DNA from: Phoronis australis
Taxonomy: Eukaryota > Animalia > Phoronida
NCBI GenBank assembly: GCA_002633005.1
Contig: NMRA01000867.1
Coordinates: 1 to 64,000 of the forward strand
Direction: 5' to 3'
DNA length: 64,000 nt
How positions within the stretch are numbered: the stretch's first letter is position 1; every line of letters starts with the position of its first letter. A program made the translations under genes and the position numbers. The notes under the pieces were generated by a model, which was given only the letters and a program-made list of their open reading frames with translations, ran no database searches and was not told the origin of the DNA. Below, in pieces: positions 39,420 through 51,640 of the stretch.

Positions 39420-42400
39420 TGTATGTATGTATGTATGTATGTATGTATGTATGTATGTATGTATGTATGTATAATATTTACTGAATAAATCACATGCACG
39501 CAAAGTTGATTTTAATCAATCACATAATTATGCTTACCAGATCAGCCATTGGATAATTGTATCTAGTGCTTATTATATTCTTCCGTAAAACCATTTTTCA
39601 AAATCAGAAATTTCTGACATTTGAATTCATATTTTAACATTCCAATGAAACCAAAAATATTAGGCATAACAACCTTAAATCTTCATTGATAAATGAATTT
39701 TTGGCTGTATAGTTTTGATATACAACAATTTAAAGCATCAATTTTAGCTTTTCCAGAGTTATTTGAAACCAAGCATTTCAAATCATATGTAAACACTGTG
39801 TTAGGTCAGTATTTACATAATTTGTCCCATTTTTTCTCGATGCCATGACATCTGGGTCACATCATTGGCAGTAACTACTTTATTGAACGTCAAAAAGCTT
39901 TTGACCCAATTTCTTTGAAACTTACTTGATAAATGTTTGATTTTGTCTAAAATAATGGTCGCTTGGTATCATGTGACATGTAAAACTCAAATACAGAATA
40001 TTATGATTACCTCATCACCAGGGTAAGCACCAACATTTGATACTCGTACCACTGCTGACACGTTCTGACATGCCTTTATGACAGAGGACATTACTTTCAA
40101 CGAGTCATAGTTGAAGTACGTGTAAGACAACCCAAAACCAAATGGATACAGTGGGTCACCAGGACCACAAAAATAACGGTACGTCCTACCCTCCATGGTG
40201 TAATTGGTCATTTCTGGAACCTATGGGAAGAGAATAAAAAGTCAAAATTCATAACTCACAAAACCAGACATGCTAATTCTCTAATTCTTTCGCACGCTCA
40301 CCTGACTTTCCATTCCCAAATTATTTTACAAATATTTTTAGTCAATTATAATGCATAAGGCTACTCGACAAACTGGCATATGACCAATTTTGTATCACAT
40401 TTCAAGATTACGAAAGATCATGACTGACATTGTTCAGCATAGAACAAAATACAACAAATAACATTGATAATTTTGCAGATACAATGGGAAGTTGTCATTT
40501 CCCTGGTGCTCTATTAACAGTGGAAACAATGCATGGTATATAATCATCATTTGTCAAATAAAACACACCTGCAGCATGGAAGCAGGCCAAGTGAAAGGCA
40601 GGCGTCCTGCAGGGTTGGAATGTGGCCCTGACATAGTGAGCACATTGAACAAGGCGTGACCTGCTGCTTGGGCTGGAAAGAATGCCTCCAATATGGCTAC
40701 AACACGCGAGTCCTTGTCTATGAGGGTGACATCCAAGGGACCAGCATTGAAGAGAATGACTATCACTGGAGCACCTCCACCTTGGGAAAATACAAAGTTA
40801 GCAAGTTTAGTAAAGGAAAACTCAAGGTTCTCATCTTGTTTTCACATTTATAAATTAGGAAAAATTTACAAAACAGGAAAAATGAAGTTGCCCTTTTGAC
40901 ATGGTAACAGGGTGAAAAGACAGGAGCCTAACAATATGAAATTCTTCCTTGCTACGCACAAATTGTGTCTAACTGTATTTATTTTGTCCTGAAATGAAAC
41001 AAAACAGCAAAAAATAATAATGACCAACCAAACCACAGACACGTACCATATTTAACACTGTCCAAGTACAGCTGCTGCTGGTGACCAGGCAGGTCCATGT
41101 TAATCCTGTCCTTTCCCTCCATTTCCACTTCTTGTCCTGAACACAGATTAGGCCAGTAAATTAAAACACAATGGCATAGAGTCAAGTCATCTACCACTGA
41201 CTGGATCAACATGTGACTGAACAGGTACATGATCTCCAAATAACTACAACATTGCACATTAATTTTCAGAATTTTATTATAATAGAACCTATAATAGGGT
41301 TGACTGACATTTTGTCCTGTTTCCCTGGCTAAAAATGAAAATCAAATGAGACGTTTTACTCTAATTCTAAAATTTCTGTTACCCGCAAGAAACCAAAAAC
41401 CACCAGCGATGCAAAACATCACTTCAGAGTTTATTGGGATTGGGAAACCCTAAAATTGTGAACTCAAATATGGCGCATATGGTACACCGTACACGCATTT
41501 CCTGTAACTTTGAGCAGGTAAACAGAAATTCCATGAAGGCATGAATGATGTTCAATCCAATAAAGAAGCAGAGCATTGTACTGAACAATGACAATGTGAC
41601 GAAGCCCGAGAGGAAACTAGGGAAGTCGTTCATCACTATATCAAAAGATGTGGGAAGTGCAACTGCCACCAAAGGCCAGGCATAGTGGACGAGAGAAGTG
41701 GGCAAATGTGCTTACAGCTGGTAACAATGTGCCAACACCATTGGCTGAGATGGTTGTGCAGTAATAGCGAGGTGATTGGCAGCATTGAGGAGTTTGATCA
41801 GCCAGGGATGCACTAAAGGATTCAAGCATTGAAGTCACACACCACAGAACTGGAGGAGGATGGGTAGGTGTATCCAGTATTCCATAACCTTACTGATGGC
41901 GGTGGCGATGAGCATGTTCAACAATAAAGCTGTATTTGTCAATCCAGCTAGCACACCACCAGAGGTCATTGTAGACAGGGCATAAAGAACTGGGAGTGGA
42001 GACTAACCGACGACATGACCCGTGGTAATGAAGTCCACGCAAATTTAGAGGAAATGGAGCAATTTACACCGCTTCACATATATTCAGGACAAGAGACCAA
42101 GTGAAGCATATCCACAATTTAATACCTGTTCCTAAACACACTATAACCAAGTCAGCCCCATCAACAGCCTCTTTTATTGCTTCTGAGTCATAGACAAGAC
42201 ATGGTGTGCCCAAGCATCCTGAAGCATAGCGAGAGTTGAGGGCCAGGTTTCTGAGGCCATCAAGTGGTGTCTTGGTAAACCTTTTGTCCATTCGTGGTGC
42301 ATAGTCACCGAAGAGCTGACTCGGGTTATCAGCCATTGGTCCAACTATCTGAAGAATATAAATTCTACTGCTGCTGGTCAGATTGAGTCACATGGACAAA

Positions 42401-45400
42401 AAGTGTAAAGTTGACCAAGAAAAACCAAAGAAATATTCATGTTCTGCCAATCTCAGTCAGAAAGCAAAATGAAATACTCAAAGATATTTTAAATACAAAA
42501 CCCCCATTTTACTCACTTGAAACTACTGAAAATGTCTATTCTGAATACTGAGGCCAATGACAAATCATTTTGGTTACTAAGCAGTTTTTAGACTTACAGC
42601 GACATTCTTCAGAACTATTTTTAAAGGCAGGAAGTTGTTGGTGTTCTTTAGAAGAACAAAAGACATCATGGCTGCTCTCAAACTAAGACCCCGATGTTGC
42701 TCACTCTGTATGACAGACTCATTCAACTGGTTGTAAGGGTTCATGCTGTGAGGATCGAATTCACCAAGCCTCATTCTAGTATACATCAGTGGCCGTGCAC
42801 GTTCTCGTATCATGGTCTTTGAGATCTTCCCTTGTTGAATGGCCTTTCCTATGTAGTGGTAGACGCTCAATAATGTGGGTACACCCGACAATTCCAGGTT
42901 AGTACCTGCATTCACACACGTGGCAGCAGTGTCTTCGTATGTTTTCAAATACTTGTGAAACCAAACAATGTTCTCTAAAGCATTTTCATCACTGACAACA
43001 TAGCCTGAGAAGTTCCAGTTTTTCCGCAGGATATCAGTCAGCAGCGCTTTGTCTGCACATGCTGGGATTCCATTAATTCTGAAACAATTATATATTAAAG
43101 CTGGGTTTCACCCAAGTCAATGTTGTTGAATTCTTAATTGAAGCGCTTCAGGGTTTAAAAATATCCCCACGCTCATCAGATCTTGAATTGTTGTCGAATG
43201 AGTCACCAACTCAAGCCACACGCTACGCGTACATGTGCCATTTTCAAATCCACAGCTTTAAGATTGGCCAACCCCAGTAAACTCCAAAACATCTTCTCAA
43301 GTTACTGAATGATATTATGTGTTCTTGTTGTTGGTAAAATAGAAAGAATCTATATCACGGTAAGGAATATTACATGTATAAAAAGCCTAATTTCATTTTC
43401 ATTTTCAGGCCAGCTAAACAGGAAGAAATGCAGCTATAAGATATGATAATGATGGTGATATAATTATTTGCGTAGTGTGTTGGACAAACAATGCTGTTAC
43501 AATTCGAGTTAATGCCCATATTTGACCGAGTGCCCAATTGCAAATTTTCATGAATTTCACCTTTAAATGCATGTGTTATGCTATGTTTGAATTAATGGTG
43601 AGCAAAACGATCATTTTAAAACTTTGCAATTCAAATACCCTGGGTCTTAGCACGAACAAATTTAATTATAAGGATTGCAAAGCTATTTTGTAAGCACATC
43701 TTATCCATAAAATGGGGACACATTATAAATTTCAGTCTTCGAGAGCCGCATACATCATTGAACATTTTGAGACTGTATCACAGAGCAATGCAAAGTTAAT
43801 ACAAATAAGAGCTCAGCCACGCACTTACTGTGAGCAGGGTCAACGACTACTGCAACAAAATCCTCGAATTAGGGCTCCAACTAACCTGTTGTAACTGCAC
43901 ATGACACTCATACTGCCAGCTTTTACACAGTCCCTGAAAGCTGGGAGAAATGTGGTATGCAAATCTCTGAGTGAAACCTACAACATAAGACATTGGGGTT
44001 GACAACAATCTGTCAGACTGTTGACAAATTGGAGTAAGTAGAAAATGTTAGACGGATTCATAGCCTGTGGCATGATTAAGAATTTGAAGAAATCACTAAT
44101 GGAAATGCAGTAGCATTGTTGGTATCAATTACAAAACTCCACATGTCAAATGCTACTTTTCAAACAAGCATCAAAAGAAGATGTAGTTATGTTCTAAAGT
44201 TAATAAGATAGAATGAAGCTTGAATGAGGTATTTTCGACATGACCAATCAAGCAACAAAATAGAGCGTACTAGAGACAGACCCTAGCTAATTATTTATAG
44301 AACAGCCTATTTTATTAATTGAACAGCGTTGTACAGAGGATCAGGCATTAATAAACACAACCGCACTTGACTGAAATACCTTTGCATTAAATCCAAATCT
44401 GCTCTCGGGTATATCTTCCGGTCCTCCATGAACAGCGAAATGTTTACATCCAGCATTTGCTCTCACATACCTAGTATGGTTTCCTTGCAATCCCCTGACA
44501 AAGCTAGCAGCGTACTGTCCACTGAGATAGGGATCTTCCCCGTACGTTTCCTAATATAATAATCTATGGTGGTTAAAAACTAATTGAAATCAGATTTTAC
44601 AATGGTTACAGCTCATAGATGTTCAGTCTAACATAAAATATGTTGAGCGGTGACACACTGTCACTGGTTACATTTGATACGAAGTTAAAGAAATGCACAT
44701 AAGCCACCAACTGAGTAACAAGACCTTCTGAATAAATTAACACCACATATAAACACCATTTATTTTGAAAACCTTTAATTAGGTGGAATAAATTTAAAAC
44801 AAAACGGTGTGTGTTTACGGAGGCCCAAAAATCAGCAACTTCGTAGTTGGACAAAACAAGTGTAAGACAGTTTAAAATGCCTTATTTCAGAATTTGAATA
44901 GTTTCTTCAGACCTGTCCTGAAATGAACTGTTACATGAGGAGGAGACAGTGTGGCTCAGTGGTTAGAACTCTTGGACACGTTCCAAGAAACTGACTTAAG
45001 TTCATTTTTTACTTAAGCCTAAGATTTGTCTCAACTTCCAAACTTGGAAACTTCCACATCCGGTAAGTCAGTGGAACTTAAGACAAAACTTAAGTGAAAA
45101 ACTTAAGTCAACCTTAACCTACTTAATTGGAATGGAATTAAGACAAATTGAAGTTTTATATTAAAATGGACTTGGATATAAGATTTATCTCAGCTAGGTC
45201 AATTTTCTTGGAACGGGCCCCAGGACTCCTGCTTTGGAGAACCGGGTTCAAATCCGAGCTTCACTGGCTGACTAAAAACATTGCACAAAGGTGGCCATTA
45301 TTCGTCTGAGCTCGGTTTTACTAGTGAATGTGTGCAAGGGAGTGAATGAGAGCCTGGATATAATGTGAAAGCGATTTCTGGGGCTGCGTTCATAATTTTA

Positions 45401-48400
45401 AACATTTTGCATAAGTAGGAAAATGAATTGCGTTACTGTCTATTTATCAAAATGTCAGACACCCCTGCATTGATTAACTAGGGATGACCAATAATCTGCA
45501 TATCTAGTACTTTTTGCCATTCCTGGTGACAGTAGGGAGTAGGGTAATTCAGAAATCAATAATTAATGAACGTTTGCCCGTATTACAATGAGGAAACATA
45601 ATAATTAGGATGATACGAGATAGTGTTGTGTGTGAAGAAGGACGAGTGCTAGAAACACATTTTGTATTTTGGGTATATACCCTACAATGAGAGTGGTGCT
45701 GTGTTATTTCAGGTCGGGCCAAATTTGTAAAATCAAAACAGACCAAGACTTGCCACTGAAATGAGTAAAACACAATAGCCCCACTATTTGCCTGCCTTGG
45801 AAGAGCACGCACAAGCTTACTTCAATTTAAGTCTTTGAGATACCAAGTTAGCTTTTTCTAATTTAACAGACCAAATATTACGTAGAGTTCATGATGGAAC
45901 CACTAACAGGCATTTTGGGGGTGTTTCATGAATAAGTTAGTAAGAGTTTAGTCTTAGACATTTTGTCATGCTCTTACCTTGGTGTTATTGAAGAAATCAT
46001 TTTACAACGTAATTGTTTACACATTACAGTTGAGCAATATGCAAATCATGTGAATACTTCACAATATGGTTGAAACTCAGGGACTTAGTGCTTTGCTGAA
46101 GTTTGATCAAATTATTTTTCAAAAGAAGTTGTTTGGAGCACAAGACAAAATTGATGACTTTCACGAAACGAATCCTTTATGTATTCTATTTAAACAGATT
46201 TGATTTAACTGACCTGAAAAAATCAATAGCTCTAAAAAATGACTGTGATAATATAGATTATAATGTACACCTTTGTTCTTCAACAGTATAAAACACAAAA
46301 AATCACGAGATTTCGAGCAGACCCTTATTAGGTGAGCCACTTACAGAGGTGCCAGATTATGAGAACCAGTTTTATCCACTGAACAACAGGCATCAAACTG
46401 GTTCTCAAAATCCAGGACGTGCCTGTTGACTACTGAAAAAACTATGTCTAGCATGACTCATGGATGACTCATGTATCGCATGTCCCACTTGAGACTACTT
46501 TTTGTGTCAAAATTTAAAATAAGGGTTAACCTTGCAACAACTGGGGATAAGGAGGTCCAGCTTATCCAAACACAATAGAGATCCTCAATGGTGTGGTGGG
46601 GAAGATTAAAATGCTCAGAGAATGGGAGTTGTAATTGCTGAACAATAGACCGTCTATTAGTTGCTGAGGGCTGTTCCAGCAAAATCTGTGTGGGAGGGGG
46701 GGAAGGCAACTGAAATAAAAATTTATGGGTGGTTGCGTTTGATTTAAATTCAAAATGGCTGGTGGTCGTACATCAAAAAAATTAAAATTTACAGGTCGTT
46801 GTTGTTTCATTGGGCCATAAACGTTTGATGGTGGGTAATTTTAGTAAATTTTATAAACAGTGCGCACAGAATCAAAAACTGAAACAAAAATGCAACTTGC
46901 AAAGAGCTCCGACTTTTTCACTCCCTCCGATCTCCTCATCGGCATGCCCATAACACCATTTAACCACAGGTGCTCGAATTTCTCGATGGCTAATAACCAT
47001 ATATATGAAACTAAACTAAAGCGCCTGTGTAGTCAACCACAAGAACAAAAAAAAATTACGGGAGGTTGCATTTCAAACTTATAAAAAATTACGGGTGGTA
47101 GGCTGAAGAAATAAATGAAAAATATGGGTGGTGGGTGCGAAAAAAAGGTGCCTTCCCCCCCTNNNNNNNNNNNNNNNNNNNNNNNNNNNNNNNNNNNNNN
47201 NNNNNNNNNNNNNNNNNNNNNNNNNNNNNNNNNNNNNNNNNNNNNNNNNNNNNNNNNNNNNNNNNNNNNNNNNNNNNNNNNNNNNNNNNNNNNNNNNNNN
47301 NNNNNNNNNNNNNNNNNNNNNNNNNNNNNNNNNNNNNNNNNNNNNNNNNNNNNNNNNNNNNNNNNNNNNNNNNNNNNNNNNNNNNNNNNNNNNNNNNNNN
47401 NNNNNNNNNNNNNNNNNNNNNNNNNNNNNNNNNNNNNNNNNNNNNNNNNNNNNNNNNNNNNNNNNNNNNNNNNNNNNNNNNNNNNNNNNNNNNNNNNNNN
47501 NNNNNNNNNNNNNNNNNNNNNNNNNNNNNNNNNNNNNNNNNNNNNNNNNNNNNNNNNNNNNNNNNNNNNNNNNNNNNNNNNNNNNNNNNNNNNNNNNNNN
47601 NNNNNNNNNNNNNNNNNNNNNNNNNNNNNNNNNNNNNNNNNNNNNNNNNNNNNNNNNNNNNNNNNNNNNNNNNNNNNNNNNNNNNNNNNNNNNNNNNNNN
47701 NNNNNNNNNNNNNNNNNNNNNNNNNNNNNNNNNNNNNNNNNNNNNNNNNNNNNNNNNNNNNNNNNNNNNNNNNNNNNNNNNNNNNNNNNNNNNNNNNNNN
47801 NNNNNNNNNNNNNNNNNNNNNNNNNNNNNNNNNNNNNNNNNNNNNNNNNNNNNNNNNNNNNNNNNNNNNNNNNNNNNNNNNNNNNCTGCCTCGTTGTACT
47901 CGGGCTCAAACATGTACCCACCCACTGAATGTCCGTGAAAAAATTCCTCGTCACCACTGCTGTGAACAAGGTCTCCGTCACTCACACTACTGTCACTGTG
48001 ATACGGGTCACCGACTCCAGCCATTTTCAGCTTACAACACACTAAACAATCCCTAAATCCAACGCAGTTGAGTTCTCTACTAACCTATCTTGCCGCAGAA
48101 TACTCGCCGATGGAAAGTGGTGGCGACAATTGGTGAAAAATAGCACAAAACAAAAGTAGAATAGAACAGATTCGCACAGAAACTCAACGCAAAACCAAGT
48201 GGCGGGAAGCGCTTGCCTCCTAAAACGTCACTTCCGGAAAAGCGGACGAGTAATTAATAAAATTACGAAAAGCTGTAATTAAGTGAAAAATATGTCTAAG
48301 ATAACCAACCAACCTTATTTTAGCTCAAAATGACATGGAAAAAGGTTGCCTTCGCCTTTAAGTGAATTCCTATGCTCTTTTGACCACCATCAGGGGGGGG

Positions 48401-50381
48401 GGGTGACTCACTAGCAGGCCAATTATACACCACAGTTTTAAAGCAGTAACAAAACCATTCATCAACAGGTACTAGTAGACAAACATTCTTGACCAGTGAA
48501 TGGCGGGAAATCCCTCATTCATTGACAAAGACCTGGCGGACCAGGTCAAAACGTTTGCAAACAACCTACCACATCTATAAGTAAGAGACCATCTTATACT
48601 AAAATGCCTCCAGAGACCAATGACGAACCTATTCTTCAGTAGCCAGTCTCATATTAAGGTCCTATAACTGCTTCGCTGCTGAAACACTTACAGGACTCTG
48701 TTCAGGTGCAGCGTATTGATTACAGCCAAATTCCACGATGCACATCCTTTTCTATGACAAAACACACTAACTGCCAACGAATCATTTCTGGCAGAAGAAA
48801 CAACATGAATCCTGTTAACAAGTAGGCAGGTCCCCCATCTGTGCTGCTACCTCTCAGGTGACATTCCCATCCATAGGCAGTCACCTAACCTTCTGTACGT
48901 TTCCGTATGACCATAAGCATATTGACTGCAAAGAAGGTCAGTCTTGAATTGTGTTGACAGAATGAAGGATTGAATGGAAAAAAAAACAGTTGATTGAAAG
49001 AGTATTTGGTTGAGTTAGAAAGATTTATAGACTCCAACTACCTTCAATGGTACTCATATACACCAGATAGACTATAGTGCATGGACCACAAACTCCGCAT
49101 ACTTTCAGTGGAAGAAATCTGTGCTCTTACAGAAGCAATGACGTCATATTGACTAGTGATTTTTTTACTGTATAAGCAGATATATAGGGCATGTGCCTAT
49201 ATTGAAAGTGACAAAGTGTCTTATAAATAAACTCATGCACCCAAGTCTCTCTTATAGGCGCAGGTGGATGTGCCTTGTGCAGGTTATGGTCTTTCTGTGG
49301 ATTAAGTCACATACATTGTCCTTGACCATAGACTATTATAGTGCATGGACCGCCAACTCAGTATTCTTTCAATGGACGAAATCTGTGTTCTTACAGAAGC
49401 AATGACGTCATTATTCATTAGTGACACCTGGCCAAATTATCTGGTTTTATTTCTGGCAAGTACACCATCTGCTAATCATGGTCGGCTGTTGTGTCGTCAC
49501 AATACACTAACCGATAGATAGTGCCACCATCTCTACAGTGGAAACAGTGGCCATGGGGAATTAGGGATACGGCTTCATATCGACGAGGAGTGTAAAAATG
49601 GCCAGTTGCCGATTTGGGTAACTGAACAATGGTCTGCTCAACATTACTCACTTTGTCTACTAGACAATGATCACCATCTCTATAGCTGGCCCAGTAGAGA
49701 TGGTGGAGCTCCTACATGAAGCTTTTCGGAAGGTGGCATGATGTCATATCCACTGGCACGTGCAGTGTAAAAATGGCGAGTAACCGATTTTGGGAACTGA
49801 ACGAGGGATTTCTCAAAGAAAAAGTTTGATAGGAGTATATTTATTCGAGTTGAAAGGAATTAAATGCGTCGACGGCCTCCTAAAATGTCCCTCTATGTGC
49901 AAAAGGTATTTATAACAACATGACTTTAACGTTTTAGTCAGTGTGAGGCATAATTTGCCAAAAAAGCTTCCGGCGGATGAAGCTCCTATAGGAGCTCCAC
50001 CATCTCAGTACTGGGCCACCTAGTAGTGATGGTCGGAGATCACTGTCTATTTGCCTACCTAAAGGATGCTGCGAGCCCAATAGCTTGTGGGAAGGATGTG
50101 GCATTTCCCGGTGCCTGGGCATCACCTCTCAAACACTCTGTATCCCATTGGTAGAGACCTACCCCAAGACGCTCAATACTTGGAGCTGGGCCTAGTCCTG
50201 CTCCACCATGACTTAGCTGACCAATCTGCTCATCGAGTGAAAGAAGATCCAGCAAATTGTTAACTCGAATTTCCCAATCAAGAGATGTGTTTTGAAACGG
50301 ATACAAACACCAACACGGCTTAGCAAACAACATTGAAACCAATAAAATGAGATACAAATCGTCCCTTGGTTTCATTGTCAT
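37697..50381 (-). CDS. Secreted glycoside hydrolase family 3 enzyme (beta-D-xylosidase/beta-glucosidase-like; GH3-N, GH3-C and Fn3-like domains)
   Basis: Exons 50381-50059, [exon 2 missing, probably in gap 47163-47885], 44550-44380, 43977-43886, 43078-42598, 42348-42126, 41136-41047, 40780-40569, 40220-40011, 38805-38631, 37809-37697 (TGA). All are GT-AG and in phase from exon 3 on. Signal peptide LYLILLVSMLFAKPCWC. Motifs ATSFPQAIGLAASF, ETYGEDP, CKHF, VMCSYN, GYVVSDE (nucleophile Asp), EMEGKDR (acid/base Glu region), PAGRLPFTW, GRTYRYF, LYPFGFGLSYT, GDEVVQLY, VYAGGQQP. Confidence 0.95.
39390..39472. repeat. (TATG)n microsatellite, about 20 units
   Basis: Read directly; lies in a GH3 intron. 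Confidence 0.95.
44950..45260 (+). mobile_element. tRNA-derived SINE head interrupted by a Harbinger-like MITE (~44974-45220)
   Basis: A-box TGGCTCAGTGG at 44952 and B-box GGTTCAAATCC at 45245, separated by a ~245-bp element with TIRs GGACACGTTCCAAGAAA ... TTTCTTGGAACGGGCCC. Confidence 0.65.
46668..47162. mobile_element. PIF/Harbinger-like MITE, family A, second copy with its right end in the gap
   Basis: Nearly identical to 3893-4462 but lacks a ~50-bp internal segment. Left flank TGA. Confidence 0.85.
47886..48357 (-). mobile_element. Terminus of a Kolobok-like element with the start of a KolX-like accessory ORF
   Basis: End ...TTCGCCT followed by TTAA (48358-48361). An inward ORF MAGVGDPYHSDSSVSDGD...GYMFEPEYNEA runs into the gap. 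An acidic N-terminus with YxFEP is typical of Kolobok accessory proteins as I recall them. Confidence 0.5.
49067..50032. repeat. Cluster of short direct and inverted repeats in GH3 intron 1
   Basis: ~85-bp direct repeat at 49067-49147 and 49329-49411. CACCATCTCT...GTGTAAAAATGGC...AACTGAAC blocks at ~49525 and ~49672, with an inverted partial copy at ~49985-50032. Confidence 0.6.
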
Positions 50382-50897
50382 CCGACTGGAAAATAGACAT
50401 CTACTTTGGCCTAAAAACTCGAGTAATATCAGAGCCTACTGTTTGCAAACAGACCCCAGGTTAACCGGAAACCACATGAAAGTCATGTGACTGATTTTCC
50501 TGGCATCGTCTGGTAGTGCATGAGCAAGAGTTCACTGTTAGTAGAGACCACATGAACACAAGTTCCGACGTATTCTGGCTCTTGATTGGTCATAAAAATG
50601 ATGTCCAATAATTTAGCAACAAAGTCTGACTATCCTATCGTTTCCGTCACGACGATAATAATCTATTGATTTTAATTTCATACCTGTACGGTAACTGTGA
50701 GTCTATGCTGCAACGGTACGCCAGTATACTGGAGTCCCGGCCAGTCAAATAAAATTAAAACAACAAAATTGAAAATAATAATTAGACCAGATTCACATTA
50801 CAAATCAATGACAGGTTTTAAGAACACTGATCGTTCGATGGCCGACTAGTACAAAATTCCCCTCAAGCCCGCTATTCCTCGTCCTCTCAGGGATTTG

Positions 50898-51315
50898 GGC
50901 CCGGTCTCAGCTAATCTTTGTACTCGAAACGAACTTATTTTTGGCATTTTTTCTGCTCCTTTCATGTGCGAACTCATGCAAGATAAGTGCCGGGTCGGTT
51001 ATCAGACCCCGTGCTCGAATACATTATGTAGTCTGTACCTATGAGTTTCTAGATTGCACTTGAAGACTCTCATTCGTGCTACGTCAAACTCGAGGAAAAA
51101 ACTCGAAATTTCGAGTTCAAACTCGAACTTTTACTGGCCTTAATGTTGGGTTTATCAACTGCAAGAATTGGACTCAAATTATCCATGTAGGCCTAGGTCA
51201 TATTGTACTCAGAATAATAGACACTTATAATGAGTTCCCATAAAAGTAGAGTATGAGAAAATGCCAAACACTATTCGAGAACCATTTCGAGTAAAAAGAT
51301 TTGAGAAACCGGGCC
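50898..51315. mobile_element. Harbinger-like MITE, family B, complete copy
   Basis: TIRs GGCCCGGTCTCA..AATCTTTGTACTCGAAA ... TTTCGAGTAAAAGATTTGAGAAACCGGGCC, flanks TTG/CTG (CWG-type TSD, one mismatch). Other copies at 20543-20926 and ~55033-55255 (diverged, partial). Confidence 0.75.
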
Positions 51316-51484
51316 CTGAAGTCCCGCCAATCTAGCACCAGGTGCTTTTCGGTGTTCTGTAGTATCCCCACCGTGTAATCATTTGCTCAGTCTCAACAAG
51401 ACACATTGCAATATTTTCAATCCATCAGATAATTAGGTATTCTCAGAACTGATTTGTGTTTCTTCGGCGGGTAGCCTAGGTTGT

Positions 51485-51640
51485 ATCAGGGGCGTTGATA
51501 CTGTCCTGTCTCCCAGTTCAGTGAAGATTTCGCAGCTTGTTGATCCATCTGTTTTTACGATTATTTTCATGGTGTAAAATGTGAGTATTATCCCAGTCAA
51601 AAACATGGTGTAAAGTTATAACACAGTGATCAGTGAAGGT
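51485..51640 (-). mobile_element. Penelope-like element, GIY-YIG C-terminal remnant
   Basis: Minus strand reads FTDHCVITLHHVFDWDNTHILHHENNRKNRWINK...LNWETGQYQ, matching the TDH...H.IDWD...IL..E.N...RWI.E...NRD.G.Y pattern. Confidence 0.55.

Noticed and set aside
39245-39503. IHTY / YVCM repeat ORFs
   Set aside because: Translations of the (TATG)n microsatellite.
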